64,000 nt of DNA from Octopus sinensis (taxonomy: Eukaryota). The translations under genes and the position numbers were made by a program. The stretch covers positions 1 through 64,000 of the forward strand of contig NW_021833237.1 of the NCBI RefSeq assembly GCF_006345805.1. The letters are read 5' to 3'. Below, piece by piece: positions 24,410 to 40,765 of the stretch (its first letter is position 1; every line of letters begins with the position of its first letter). The notes under the pieces were generated by a model. The model worked only from the letters and a program-made list of their open reading frames with translations, had not been told where the DNA came from and made no database searches.

Positions 24410-24670
24410 GGAGGCGCGTGGCTTAGTGGTTAGGGTGTCTGCACCACGATCGTAAGATTGTGGTTTCGTTTCCTGGATAGGGCGACGCGTTGTGTTCTTG
24501 ACCAAAACACTTCATTTCACGTTGCTCCAGTCCACTCAGCTGGCAAAGATGAGTAACGCTGCGATGGACTGGCGTCCCATCCAGCTGGGGAACACATAGG
24601 CCATAGAAACCGGGAAACCGGGCCCATGAGCCTAGCTAGGCTTTAAAAGGGCGCATTTATTTTTATTTTT
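24410..24670 (+). mobile_element. SINE family 3 (tRNA head, V-domain-like gcgatggactggcgtcccatccag), full length, 13-bp TSD
   Basis: tataactaagctt at 24395-24407 and 24671-24683; A-box-like tggcttagtggtt and B-box-like gtttcgtttcc. Confidence 0.8.
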
Positions 24671-25446
24671 TATAACTAAGCTTTATAACAGTATCCCCAC
24701 ATCTAAAAAAAAAACCTAGATTTTGTAATTATTACATATATTTTCCTAAGCTGTGAAATCAATTCATAATTAATACATGCTTAGCTTGAATTATCCACGA
24801 GCATTCATTCGATGCACCGTCATCCTTACGTTTTGCTGCCTTGTCAGAAGAAAACACAATGAAGAGTGATGCGCTTGACGTATGCGGAGCTAAAACTGCC
24901 TAAATAAACCATTTGAAGAATATCCAGCTACAGTTTCCAGCAGGTCGATTGACCATGTTTACTCATACTTATTTCTTCCATTTGCAGTGTAGGGTACTTT
25001 GAACTTCTAAACATTGAAGTTGAATTTCTGAAATGCATTTTGTGTGACGCACAACTCTTTTTTTTTCTTTGTCGCTTTTATTTTATTCATTTATTTTTTT
25101 TTTGTTTACGTTAATTATTTTTCTTTATATTTTCTTTCTTTTTTTTTCTGCGACTCACTGTCAGGTAAAGAACTTCAATACAGATTATCGTTGATACACG
25201 CACTATCAGTAAATGCTGAGTTGAATTAGAAAGAAGTAGGCGAGAGATTTTACGCTGAAATTGAATTTTATACATGCCTGATCAACAGGATCGTCGGCTT
25301 AACAACTGATTCAGAATCTTATACATACATACATACATACATGCATACATACATGCATAAGATTATATGCATGTATATATATATATATGTGTGTGTCTAT
25401 ATATATATATATGTCTATATATATACATATAATTACTTTAATACAT

Positions 25447-25504
<58 letters not shown>

Positions 25505-25555
25505 TTATATATGTATGTATGCATGTATTTATGTATATATATATATGCATATATG

Positions 25556-25588
<33 letters not shown>

Positions 25589-26309
25589 GTGTATGTATGT
25601 ATATGTATGTATCCATGCATGCATGTATGTATGTATGTATGTATGTATGTATGTATGTATGTATGTATGTATGTATATTGAAGTAATTTCTTATAAGAAT
25701 TTTATCGAATTACTTACACATCAGTACACTATTGATTTCTCAGAGAGAAGGGCTCAAATACCCGTGTTTATAAGGGTAGATATAGGAGACTGCGTGACAT
25801 TTATACGTTCTGACAAAAACTAAATTGAAATGCATCCAAGCCAAGGGGAGAGACTCAACAGGATCGCTGAAATTGCTGGAAATAGCAACTAAAACTCCTT
25901 CAAAATCTCATTTTAAATCTTAACTAAAGTACTTTATCTCGTCTTTAAGTGTGAAATAAAGACCCCCAAAACTTATCGTAAAATTTTAAAAGCTGCTAGC
26001 AGTCAAATCTACTTAAAGTCTCATCTGAAAACTTAAAAGATTTAAAATCTGTTCTTCTTTAGAAGCACAGATATCAACGAAATGTCCTTCAAATCTTCTG
26101 TTAAAGTCTTAAACAAACAAGATAAATTGGAATTTTAGAAACTGATAAAGATATGGTCACAGCAGGACAGATTTTGATTATAGGTTTTGCTTATGATGGT
26201 TCATCTGTGGCTAAGCATCAAATTATTGACAAATGGATAAATGGTAAACAGAAGAAATAGTAATGAACCCATAAACAAGAGGAATTAGATCAAAAGTGAA
26301 ATATCTACA

Positions 26310-26795
26310 TCTATATATATGAAACTCAACTTGTGTGTCTGTGCGTTTAACTTACCGGCACATCTCTTCCTAGCCAACAAATCGTAGAACCACCAAAAAT
26401 GGGTTACTTAAAGTTTAGGCGAATGAAAATTGAACGGCGCTATTTCTGTTCCGAAATTCATCTTGCAAGTGCAAAAATCGATAATGTGTTTGTTTAGGCC
26501 TTATCTCATGCATTGAATAGTGAACTTTACTCAGTCAGCTGTTTGACGTGAACTGTGTTCACCACGCGTGCAAGCATGCGTAAATTGCATGAAAAATAAA
26601 AAATCAAGATATAAAAACGAATCGCCGTAAACATTGTAGAAATTCGGCAAAGAAATGAATTTTCGGGATGTAGCTTGGAGGGTTTTTTTCGTATTAATCG
26701 TTTGGACTTTGTGAACACATACCAATTGTTTTCATAACATTTTTAACGCTTTGAATTAAATGTGACCATTTTGCAAAGCCGGGCAATACTGCTAG
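26310..26795 (+). mobile_element. Non-autonomous Helitron-like element
   Basis: A|TCTATATATATGAAACTC...tgtgtgtctgtg 5' end and ...gcaaagccgggcaatactgCTAG|T 3' end. This fits the TC...CTRR termini and A/T target of Helitrons; no TSD. Confidence 0.6.
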
Positions 26796-27589
26796 TTTGT
26801 GAATAAAAATTTATTTGCTAACAAGATTAAGTATGAAGCGGTGAAGGCTACTACGTGGCTTTTGGTTCAAATTGGCAGAGAGACCGGTGGTTTGTTGCAG
26901 TTGGGATGAAATCTGGAACTTGGTCAACCGCAACTGGCTCAGGTGAGCGACGGGTGTAATGTTCAAAGATCGGATATCATCTAAGAGAGGTGCAAGCCAG
27001 GGCATACGTGAGATATTTCTTGGGGCCCCTCGATGGTGTTTACATTCAGAATAGCTCTGGTCGAGCAACCCTATTATTAAAAGCAATCCAGTCGTGACAC
27101 TCCCATCTTATTTTCATGCCAGATATATTTGTGAGCGACGGGTGTAATGTTCAGAGACTGGATATCATCTAAGAGCTCAGGTGCAAGCGAGAGCATAGGT
27201 GAGATATATGCCAGATATATTTGAGACCATATAGTTCAATGTATATTTCCTTTTAACTAAGATGGTGAATGTGGTATGAGAAAGACTCAGAGGCTACATA
27301 TTGCAGGATACGCTAAAACATAGGTGATTTTCATTGGTTCTATTACATCAACAAAGTCACAACTAGGCAAACTAAGAAGGAGAGAACTCAGTCACTATGA
27401 TTCCACAAACTTAAATAAAATTCACAAAGATACTAATTCAACTAATAATTGATAAGCAAATGTTTCTCCATAAACCCAGATGCTCTCTTAAGGATTGTCT
27501 CTTGATCCCGGTTTCAAGGTTTAAGACATATAAATTCTTTTGACATATCATGTTAATTATTTTCAATATTATGAACAATATTATAAACA

Positions 27590-28995
27590 AGGCGGCAAGC
27601 TGGCAGATTCGTTAGCGCGCCGGGCAAAAAAGCTTAGCAGCATTCCGTCCGTCTTTACGTTCTAAGTTCAAGTTCCGCTTCCTTTCGTGCCTTCCTTTCG
27701 GGGCAACGATAAAATAAGTACCAGTTGAACACTGGGATCGCTTTGATAGACTTAGCCCCACCATCAAATTTTTTGAATTGGCACATTTGAAACTTATATT
27801 ATAAACCATCATTAGAAGGCGGCGAGCTGGCAGAAACGTTAGCACGCCGGGCGAAATGCTTAGCGGTATTTCGTCTGCCACTACGTTTCGTCCTTTCGGG
27901 GTCGATTAAATAAGTACCAGTTACGCACTGGGGTCGATATAATCGACTTAATCCGTTTGTCTCTCCTTGTTTGTCCTCTCTGTTCTTAACGCCTTCTGAG
28001 TAGTAAAGAAATAGGTATTTCATTCGTTCTGACGCTCTGAGTTCAAAATCCGCCGAGGTCATTTTTGCCTTTCATCGTTTCGGGGTCGATAAAATAAGTA
28101 CCAGTCGAGCACTGGGGGTTGAATTAATCGGCTTCCCTGAACTTGCTGGCTTCGTTCCAAAATATGAAACCAATATTTATTGTGTAGAACCTTCGTCGAT
28201 CACTGTCCATTTTCATGTGCATGAGAGAGCATTTTTTGTTTCTTGTTTCGCTTTATTTTCGTGGGGCTTTTTTCTGGTTTTAGCAGTTGCCCGTGCATGC
28301 AAGCATCTGCCTCCAATGCAACCGATACTCATCCAAGAGGAAAGACATTGACTTGGAGCGAAACTTATTGGCACCAGAGTTGCTGCATGTGTTACTGTTG
28401 GAAGATTGAATGATGGGGACATATACCACAACATGGGATCTACCGAACAACTGTTTGTTTCGTCAATCTCCCACTTGAAAATGATGGGGAAAAATTGGCT
28501 TCGGAAAGATTTGAATTCGAGGCACAGAAAGTCACAAGAGATGCAGCAAGATATTCTATCCAATATTCTGATGAATTCACCAATTTGCAAATTTAATATA
28601 TAACGAAATATTAGCACGCCGGCAAAATGCTTCTTGGCATTTCCTCTGTCTTTACGTTCTGAGTTCAAATTCCACCGGGGCCGGCTTTGCCATTCCTCCT
28701 TCCGAGGTCGATAAAATAGGTACCAGTTGAGCACTAGGGTCGATATAATCGACAAGCCCTTCACCCAAAATCGCTGGCTTTGTGCCAAAATTTGAAACGT
28801 CTATATACAGAAGTTGAAGCAGCGCGTCGACGGTATTCCCTCCGATTCTTTATGTTCTGAGTTCAAATCCCGCTGAGATCAACTTTGCTTTTCTTCCTTT
28901 TGAAGGTCGATAAAATAAATACCAGTCAAGTACTAGGGTCGATGTAATCAAGTTAAACCATTCCCTTGGAATTAATAAACTTCTGCGAAAATTAG
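27590..28995 (+). mobile_element. Cluster of five co-oriented family-2 SINE units
   Basis: Units at ~27590-27790, 27817-28013, 28014-28165, 28608-28800 and 28815-28995. Confidence 0.8.
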
Positions 28996-29496
28996 AAAGA
29001 GTATTTTGTGAAAAGAATTCAGAATCTTTTACGAATCGAAACCGTAATACAAGCTGTGAATACCAGTAGACTTCCTTTCAATTTTCATCACTCATTCTAA
29101 TCCACAACTTAACACTCGTCATTCATTTTAGCTGTATATCCAGTGAGGTGATTCTGTCTGAATATTTTACATTATTGATGTCATCAGTCAACTACAGTAC
29201 CTCACCATTTATCAGTTTCCAAACTCTGTTACCGGTCAACAACACAGATGTCAAGCCAATATATCTGTTGTTTTGTTTTGCTTTTTGGGGGGATGGGGGG
29301 TATCCATTTTGTTTCGTTCGTATCTATTTAGTTTTAGGTGTTCTTATTTTTTCGTTTTTTTTTGTTGTGATAAATAGTAAATAAGAATAATAATAACATT
29401 AAGAATAGTAACATATATGTCAGTATCTTGACAGACATAGATTTATAAGTGGTTTATTTGAAACGTGCGTGTTTGTGTGTGTTTGTGACTGTTTGT

Positions 29497-29880
29497 GTGG
29501 ATGTGTGGTAAGTAGCTTGCTTACCAACCACATGGTTCCGGGTTCAGTCCCACTGCGTGGCATTTTGGGCAAGTGTCTTCTACTATAGCCTCGGGCCGAC
29601 CAAAGCCTTGTAAGTGGATTTGGTAGGCAGAAACTGAAAGAAGCCCGTCGTACATATGTATATATATATATGTGTGTGTGTCTGTGTTTGTCCCCCAATA
29701 TCGCTTGAAAACCGATACTGGTGTGTTTACGTCCCCGTAACTTAGCGGTTGGGCAAAAAGAGACCGATAGAATAAGTACTAGGCTTACAAGAAATGAGTC
29801 CTGGGGTCGATTTGCTCGACTAAAGGCGGTGCTCAAGCATGGCCACAGTCAAATGACTGAAACAAGTAAAAGAGAAAGAG
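29497..29880 (+). mobile_element. SINE family 1, near full length
   Basis: Head, TA/TG linker, body and tail ggcggtgctcaagcatggccacagtcaaatgactgaaacaagtaaaagag. Confidence 0.88.
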
Positions 29881-30033
29881 AAAGACATATATACAGACAT
29901 GTTACTAAATGTAAAAATAAACCAAAATATGTAGTGTGTGTGTGTTTGTATGTATATATACATTAATGCGTATGACATTGAAATATGCATTTTTGTAAAT
30001 AAGAACAAAGAGCAGTGATCCGAGAAATGGTAA

Positions 30034-30471
30034 TCGTGAACGGTTCGCCATTACCATCTCTCGCGCTTGCTGAATCTTCTCATAAGTGGTGGAGGTTGAC
30101 TGGGGCTCTGCTCTCTCTTCGCGCGTCACCCTTGTCCTGCCGCTTTTAAACTTCTCGATCCACTCATACACACTTCTGCGTGGTAGTGCGCTATCCTTGT
30201 ATTACGCTAAAAGCCTCAGATGAATATGAGTACCTGACACTCCTTCCGACCAGAGAAATCGTACCACTGCTTTCTGTTCTTCTTTGGTGGATATCGCGAG
30301 TGGAGCGGCGATGCTTACTCTCTAAAGCCAGAAATCGAAATGACGCGATCACGCTCAAACTTCGATCACGTAACCACAACAGTACCAAGTATAAGCACGC
30401 ATGCACAGAAGGCAGTGTGACAATAATGTTATGATATGGCGAAATTGTGGATATTTTTTGACTTCCCCTCG
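30034..30471 (-). mobile_element. Mariner 5' fragment: one TIR plus N-terminal HTH of the transposase (pseudogene)
   Basis: Minus strand starts TA|cgaggggaagtcaaaaaatatcc. It encodes AAPLAISTKEEQKAVVRFLWSEGVSG...*YKDSALPRRSVYEWIEKFKSGRTRVTREER, a typical mariner HTH, with the start codon lost and an internal stop. Confidence 0.82.
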
Positions 30472-30491
30472 TAGATTTATATATATATATA

Positions 30492-30905
30492 TCTTTTACT
30501 CTTTTACTTGTTTCAGTCATTTGACTGTGGCCATGCTGGAGCACCGCCTTTAGTCGAGCAAATCGACCCCGGGACTTATTCTTTGTAAGCCCAGTACTCA
30601 TTCTATCGGTCTCTTTTGCCGAACCGCAAAGTGAAGGGGACGTAAACACACCAGCATCGGTTGTCAAGCAATGCTAGGGGGACAAACACAGACAGACAAA
30701 CACATACACACACACTTATATATATATATGCATATATACGACGGGCTTCTTTCAGTTTCCGTCTACCAAATCCACTCACAAGGCATTGGTCGACCCGGGG
30801 CTATAGCAGGAGACACTTGCCCAAGATGCAACGCAGTGGGACTGAACCCGGAACCATGTGGTTGGTTAGCAAGCTACTTACCACACACCCACTCCTGCGC
30901 CTATA
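30492..30905 (-). mobile_element. SINE family 1, full length
   Basis: Complete reverse complement of the family; tail tcttttactcttttacttg at 30492. Confidence 0.9.
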
Positions 30906-30929
30906 TATCTATATTGCTAGCCACTACAC

Positions 30930-31075
30930 ATTCTTTATTTTCTCTCCCTGTTTCCTTCCGTCTTCCTTTCTGTGAAAGACCGTAAGGTCCGAAACGTTAA
31001 CAAATGTTTCAGTTCCCGAGCGTTAAACTAATACATGTCTTCGTCTTTTTTTGTGTGAATTCTCTTCATATATAT
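30930..31075 (+). mobile_element. Penelope-like short fragment with degenerate hammerhead motif (family C, 30966-31000)
   Basis: ttt-CTG_TGA-A-aGACC-gtaa-GGTCc-GAAA-CGTT-aa. One core base is missing; 4-bp stem II with a GNRA loop. Confidence 0.45.
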
Positions 31076-31826
31076 TTACATACACACACACATACATACA
31101 TACATACGTACGTACGTATATACATACATACATGCATGCATACATACATATATACACACGCACACATACATACATACATACGTACGTACGTATATACATA
31201 CATACATGCATGCATACATGTATACATACATACATACATACATACACACATACATACATACATACATACATACATACATACATACATACATACATACATA
31301 CATACATACATACATACACACATACATACATACATACATATATACATACATACATACATACATACACATACATACATACATACATACATACATACATACA
31401 TACATACATACATGCATACATACATACATACATACATACATACATACATACATACATACATACATACACACATACATACATACATACATACGTACGTACA
31501 TACATACATGCATGCATGCATGCATACATACATACATACATACATACATGCATACATGCATACATACATACATACATACATACATACATACATACATACA
31601 TACATACATACATACATACATACATACACACATACATACATACATACATACATACATACATACATACATACATACATACTAATACATACATACATACATA
31701 ATACATACATACATACATACATACATACATACATACATAATACATACATACTACATACATACATACATACATACAACATACATACAACATGCATACATGC
31801 ATACATACATACCATACATACATACA

Positions 31827-31860
<34 letters not shown>

Positions 31861-32259
31861 CATATACATACATACATACATACACATACATACATACATG
31901 CATACATGCATACATACATATACATACATACATACATGCATACATGCATACATACATACATAATACATACATACATACATGCATACATACATACATACAT
32001 ACATACATACATACATACATACATACATACATACTACATACATACATACATACATATATACATACATACATACATACATACATACATGCATACATGCATA
32101 CATCATACATACATACATACATACATACATACATACATACATAACATACATACATACATACATACATACTACATACATACATACATACATACATACATAC
32201 AATACATACATACATACAACATACATACATATACATACATACATACATACATACATACA

Positions 32260-32293
<34 letters not shown>

Positions 32294-32310
32294 CATATAT
32301 ACATACATAC
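31076..32310. repeat. ~1.2-kb (ATAC)n tetranucleotide array
   Basis: Visible directly, with ATGC/GTAC variants. Source of the long YIHT/MYVC pseudo-ORFs. Confidence 0.97.
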
Positions 32311-34402
32311 ACTCAGGCATTAATGATACATTGTAACTAAAAAAAGCACACATATAGTTTTCAATTATGCACAAACCAATGAACGCGTATTAGATACATT
32401 CAGTACAGACTTTTTGTAAACTTCCAATAATTTTACTATATCGACTCAAGTATCATAAATTTTGTAAAATATTACAGCTAATGCAAATTTAACTTTCATC
32501 GCGTACAAAATGTAAGACACACATATATTTACACAGATTCCAAATATCCTACCATAAATTTTAAAACCTTGATTAATAACATCAGTAGAAGAATCGGAAA
32601 CCTATCATCGAATAAAGAAATATTCATTAATGATGTTCTATAATTTAATTAAGCATTAAAATAATATCGGACTGAAAATAAGATCTCATATACTCCTGAG
32701 GCTCTGGAATCCAATTTTGTGAAGAACTGCAATGATATAATCTTGTACCCTACACTTTCCTTCAATGTTAAGTCTAATATTTCTATCTAGCTTTAATAAA
32801 TATCATTGCTTGGAATAATAGAGAAATCTATTGTATAGAAATAATTTTACACAAATTACAGCTGCACTATCAAGAAAACAAAATTTGATTACATGTAAAC
32901 GAACGAAATTAACTAAGACTAAATGTATCTAAACAAACACAAACACATGTTCTCTAAAACAATAAGGAAACACTGAAGTAATTATATATTGTGCTCAAAT
33001 CAGCTAAAGGGAATATTGTAGATAAACAGTATATATGAAGGCGGAAGGTAAATTGAAATAAACTTACTTCAAATATATTTCGTTTTTGAGAACTAGAGAA
33101 AGCGGGAAATTATGTTCTGTACAGTTATATCAGAAGACATGACACTCATGCAGAAAAGGCGCAAAGAGTTGCGGATTATGTTCAGCTGAAAAGATACGAA
33201 TACGAAGATTTGTAAATGTCAGAGAAGAAGAATTTGACAAATGTCACAGCTTCCAGAAGAAAATTCCGAAACTCAAGGAGATTATTCCCACCACCCGATT
33301 GAAAGAATCGAGTCTTAGTTATTTACCAGGTGGATTCGCATGTTCTTTCCTCCCACTCTCACCCCCCTCTCTCTCTCTCTTTCTCCCTCTCCCTCTCCTT
33401 CTCTTAGCTTCTCTAGTTTTGATAGACTTTCAATCTCTTACGATAGTTTACAAAAATATTCTCATTAACGTGTTAAAATTTCCAATCCTACAAATGTATA
33501 AAATTTCCACCCCGAATGTTTTTTATTATATCCTGCGTACTACAGTATCTTGTTCTTGAATGTTTCTTCTGTTCTTTTGTAAAATCATACAGGTTTCATA
33601 TTTCTAACGTTCTAAGCAGGAACGTTGGTCTTCATGTCCATCTTTCATAAAACTAAGATGGAGACGAACACCAAGGCCCTATGCACAAAATACCTGATTA
33701 TTGTAAAAAGATATGCCCAGCTGTATCGACCTTTAGCTTTCCCTGGGACAACGTCAGTAGCATGGAGACGGGAGGCTCGTATGCATGAGCGACTGCTGGT
33801 TTTCCCTAAGCAACCGGGGATTTATTTTCGAGGTGCGATCACAAGGTCATTCATGACCGGGGTAGATCTTTACTTATACTTTACTCTATTACATCGCTCA
33901 GTCTTCTCTACAACATTACTTCTCTATTTTATTGACATCGAAAATATACAGGGTTAGTGTGATCTTGGCAGGTCTTGAAGTAAGTGAATAAAACCAGAGC
34001 ATATGGCCCTTTAACAATTAGTCTTATGCACCACCGTATTACAAGTATATGCAACTCGGAGAACACACTAAAAGAATCTTTACAAGACTAGTGTGTGATA
34101 TGATATGTTATAAAGATCTATACACCAATATATTGGAATAGATGTAGGAATGATGTTATATAATGTCAAAAGACCATGGATTCCCCAGATATATATATAT
34201 CGCCCTAAATACATATCTTTGGATAATTATGTTTGCGTGTTTCTCTTTGTGTGTGTGTGTGTGTGTGTGCATTTGTGTGTGTGTATGTGTGTGAGAGAGA
34301 TAGAGTCCCTTACTGCTTGAGTGAGTGTGTGTGTATGTGTGTGTGTGTGTGTGTGTCGGTGTCAGATTTCGTTTTATGATGTGTGTTTCTGTAGGTTCAT
34401 GC

Positions 34403-34566
34403 ATAGGCGTAGAAGTGGCTGTGTGGTGAGTAGCTTGCTTACGAACCACATGCTTCTGGGTTCAGTCCCACTGCGTGGCACCTTGGACAAGCGTCTTCTA
34501 CTATAGTCTCGGGACAACCAAAGCCTTGTGAGTGGATTTGGTAGACGGAAACTGAAAGAGCCCGTC

Positions 34567-34647
<81 letters not shown>

Positions 34648-34876
34648 GTACGTGTGTGTATATGTTTGTGTGTCTGTGTTTGTCACCCCAACATCGCTTG
34701 ACAACCGATGCTGGTGTGTTTACGTCCTCATAACTTAGCAGTTCGGCAAAAGAAACCAATAGAATAAGTACTAGGCTTACAGAGAAAAAGTCCTGGGGTC
34801 GATTTGTTCAACTAAAGGCGGTGCTCCAGCATGACCACAGTCAAATGACCGAAACAAGTGAAAGAGTAAAAGAGTA
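34403..34876 (+). mobile_element. SINE family 1, full length, with expanded internal (TA)n
   Basis: Head taggcgtagaagtggctgtgtggtgag through tail aaacaagtgaaagagtaaaagag. Confidence 0.9.
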
Positions 34877-35667
34877 TTAACCATGAATAGGCAACGTAAT
34901 GTGTGTGTACAATAGCATGAGTACCCTCTTTTTTTTGTATTCGTTTCACTGTTCATGCATGCTTTTATTGTGTCTTAACGTGTTTAAATGTGTGTATTTA
35001 TGAGTGTGTACGCGTGCATATGTGTGTGTGTGTGTGTGCGTGTGTATGCGTGCATGTGTAGGTCATGTTTCGCGTGTAACTGCACGTCTGTATGTCTGCA
35101 CATGCAACTTCGTATGCAAGTACGTGTGTGTTTAAGACCAGAGTCATTTCCCTAGAATTTGATGGTTATTACTCGCTCTTTTGCCAGATTTATTGGCAGC
35201 TGAGGATTCCCACCTGCATATAAATAAATAAATAAACAAATAAATAAACAAATCAAATAGATATTTGCTAAACAAAAAAAAGAATTCAAAAACGAAAAAA
35301 AAAACACAGATATAACAAAAATAAATCATATCAGTAAAAAAAAACATAAATAAATACACAAGAGCTAAAAACTAAGTCAACCATAGAAAATTGCTCTTGC
35401 TTAACAAGGTCCCATGTGAGTAAGAAAGGGGGGGAGGAGAGGAGTGGTAGGAGTAAAACGTGAACGCAAGCAGGTTGTGTTTTACCAGTTTAGGTTAATT
35501 AACTTCACAACAGTATATTGATCATTCCTTGCTGCAAAAATAAAGAAAGGATATCAAAAAGAAACCACCTGTAACAATTATAAGCCTCTCACTCATTATT
35601 TCCTCATATTCATTGTTTTTGGCCTGTTATTTTTGTTTCTTTTCTTTCAATACATATCCCTTTCCTG

Positions 35668-35668
35668 A

Positions 35669-35736
<68 letters not shown>

Positions 35737-35977
35737 TTATTTATCTATTTGTCTGTTTTCTGTCTATTTATCTATCGTTCTGTCTGATTATATATATATC
35801 TATCTTTCTATCTATTTGTCTGTCTGTCTCTTTGCCTGCCTGTCCATTTATCTATCTGTGTACCTATATATCTATCTATTTACTTATTTGTCTGTCTATC
35901 TGCTTGTCTATCTATTTATCTATCTATCCATCAATCTATCCATCCATATATTTATCAATCTAACTATCCATTTATTC

Positions 35978-36065
<88 letters not shown>
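35668..36065. repeat. (ATCT)n/(TC)n/(TA)n compound microsatellite
   Basis: Visible directly. Confidence 0.93.
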
Positions 36066-36072
<7 letters not shown>

Positions 36073-36189
36073 CACACACATACACACACATCCATCTTTT
36101 TCTTTAAACTCTTTCACTTAAACCTCATTCCCTATATCTCTTTTTTTCTTTCCTTTTCCTCTGCTGATTTGTAAACGTCTTCATTTCCA

Positions 36190-38830
<2,641 letters not shown>

Positions 38831-39170
38831 ATCTTAATCATTCTCATTAGCATCATTAGAATTTACGACGATGCAATTTTTACCACTTTCTCTTTCTTCA
38901 CTAATGTGTTTATTGCTATTATTTTTCTGCTTTCAACACCGCCTGTACTTCGGTTCTCTATTTCGGCCTTGGGGACCCTTTCCAGTATTCTAAAGGTAGA
39001 ATATCGTTGAACCCTTACAACTGTCTGTATGAGTTTAGCTTTCTGTCTAGTTTTCAAAATGCTTTAACTGCGTCCGCGCAAGTCTATGTCAGCACTTTAC
39101 CGTCAACACACACACACACACACACACCACGTTTGCATTCACACATATGTAAGTATATATGTATACATAT

Positions 39171-39355
39171 TACAATTCTATATTTAAGAGTTGAGGAATT
39201 ATGTACGTTATTTACATTATTTACATTGGACGGACATTTCTCCTCATCTTGTTTGTTAACACAATGTTTCGTCTGATATACCCTCCAGCCTTCTTCAGGT
39301 GTCTTGAGGAAATTTCGAACCTGGGTTCTCATTCCTAAGGTATTTTTCGATGTTG
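39171..39355 (-). mobile_element. Short Penelope-like element, family A, second copy
   Basis: Reverse complement aligns with 10127-10281. Confidence 0.72.
39258..39303 (-). ncRNA. Hammerhead ribozyme motif, family A, two damaging substitutions
   Basis: GACAC-CTGAAGA-A-GGCTG-gagggtatat-CAGAC-GAAA-CATT-GTGTT. There is a stem II mismatch and the ACGT palindrome is changed to ACAT. Confidence 0.6.
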
Positions 39356-39374
39356 TTGTTATTATTATTATTAT

Positions 39375-39428
<54 letters not shown>

Positions 39429-39482
39429 CAGCAGTAGTAGTAGTAGTAGTAGTAGTAGTTAGTAGTAGTAGTAGTAGTGGTA

Positions 39483-39980
39483 TTGAGTGAGAGAGCAGTG
39501 CATGCCATCAAAGTGACACTGGGGTAAAATATACGAAGCCCAGTATACCCATCATGACTACCCGTCTGATAAGGGTACACTAGGCACATGCATCACAATC
39601 ATGTGTGCGCGGCATGGTGATCTTATATCAAGATAAACAACGTATGACCTTACAGGTGGGACTCAATTAGAATTTTCTTCTGATCGAGTAGCCCTTCTCG
39701 CTCAAAAGTTCCCTGAATAAGGGTTGTTTAAGGATGTTGAACGAACCACCCATGTTTCCAAAGGTGAATTATCCAAACCTCTAAGAATTCCTTTCAACGC
39801 ACGGCTATGACGTTTCCCCACTACTTCTGCTCATGATCAGAGATGCACATATCGTCAGCCACTAAGGGACATGCTCAGCTGGTTAAGGTCAAACAACTGA
39901 CAAGCAAATTTGTGGTATTGAGCAGAATATTTGCTGTAGCCCATCTTTTATACCAAGACAAAACAATGTACATGATAATA
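39483..39980 (-). mobile_element. Unclassified ~500-bp non-coding element embedded in (ATT)n
   Basis: Second copy at 61559-62027. Both share the end ttgagtgagagagcag and differ in length at the other end. Strand is inferred from this truncation pattern. Confidence 0.75.
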
Positions 39981-40004
39981 CTATAATTATTATTATTATT
40001 ATTA

Positions 40005-40133
<129 letters not shown>

Positions 40134-40765
40134 CATCGACCATATCACAAACGAATGCCCTAGACTTGCCCAAAACCACTACAAGCTGTGACGAGACGAT
40201 CAGGTAGCGAAAGTGATCCATTGGAAACTGTGCGATAAGTGGGTGCTTGGGAGAGGAAAGACGTGTCATGGGCACAAACCGCAGAAAGTGACGGAGTCGG
40301 AGACTGGCAAAATCCTCTGGGACTTCCCAGCCCTAACAGATCAGGTGCTAGATCTTACAGACCAGACCTAATGGTGGACGACAAGATGCACATGTACTAT
40401 ATAGTTGATGTTGCATATCCCTTTGATTCACGAATATTCAAGAAGGAAGACGAAAATATAGATACGACCCTCTTAAGTACGAAATAGCCCGGATATGGAA
40501 AATGAAGTAGGTGAAGATAGTGCCAATTAATGTTGGGTCCTTGGGGACAGTATCAGAAGGCATCAAGAGGAATATAAAGGATACTGGAATAGCGTGTCCA
40601 GTACAAATAGCTTTCCTCCTTGGCACAGCTAGAATAAGCAGGAAAGTATTAGATAGTTGGAAAAGAATGGATTATATGCTGTCGTAGGCTTCACGTAGCA
40701 AGCACGAAACGCATGCAAACCACCAGGAGCTCCAAGAAATCTTGTGATAAAAACAAATATTAATA
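40134..40765 (+). pseudogene. Decayed 3' fragment of a second RLE LINE family (R4/Rex6-like)
   Basis: IDHITNECPRLAQNHYKL*RDDQVAKVIHWKLC, RPDLMV..YIVDVAYPFD, IVPINVGSLG and LLGTARISRKVLD, with stops and frameshifts. Confidence 0.75.

Noticed and set aside
28213-28788. 191-aa minus-strand ORF, and a plus frame vaguely like a Tc1 catalytic region
   Set aside because: The ORF begins inside a SINE, and the Tc1 resemblance lacks identifiable D/D/E residues.
31004-32374. ORFs of 200-412 aa (YIHT/MYVC repeats)
   Set aside because: Translations of the (ATAC)n array, which has no stops in several frames.
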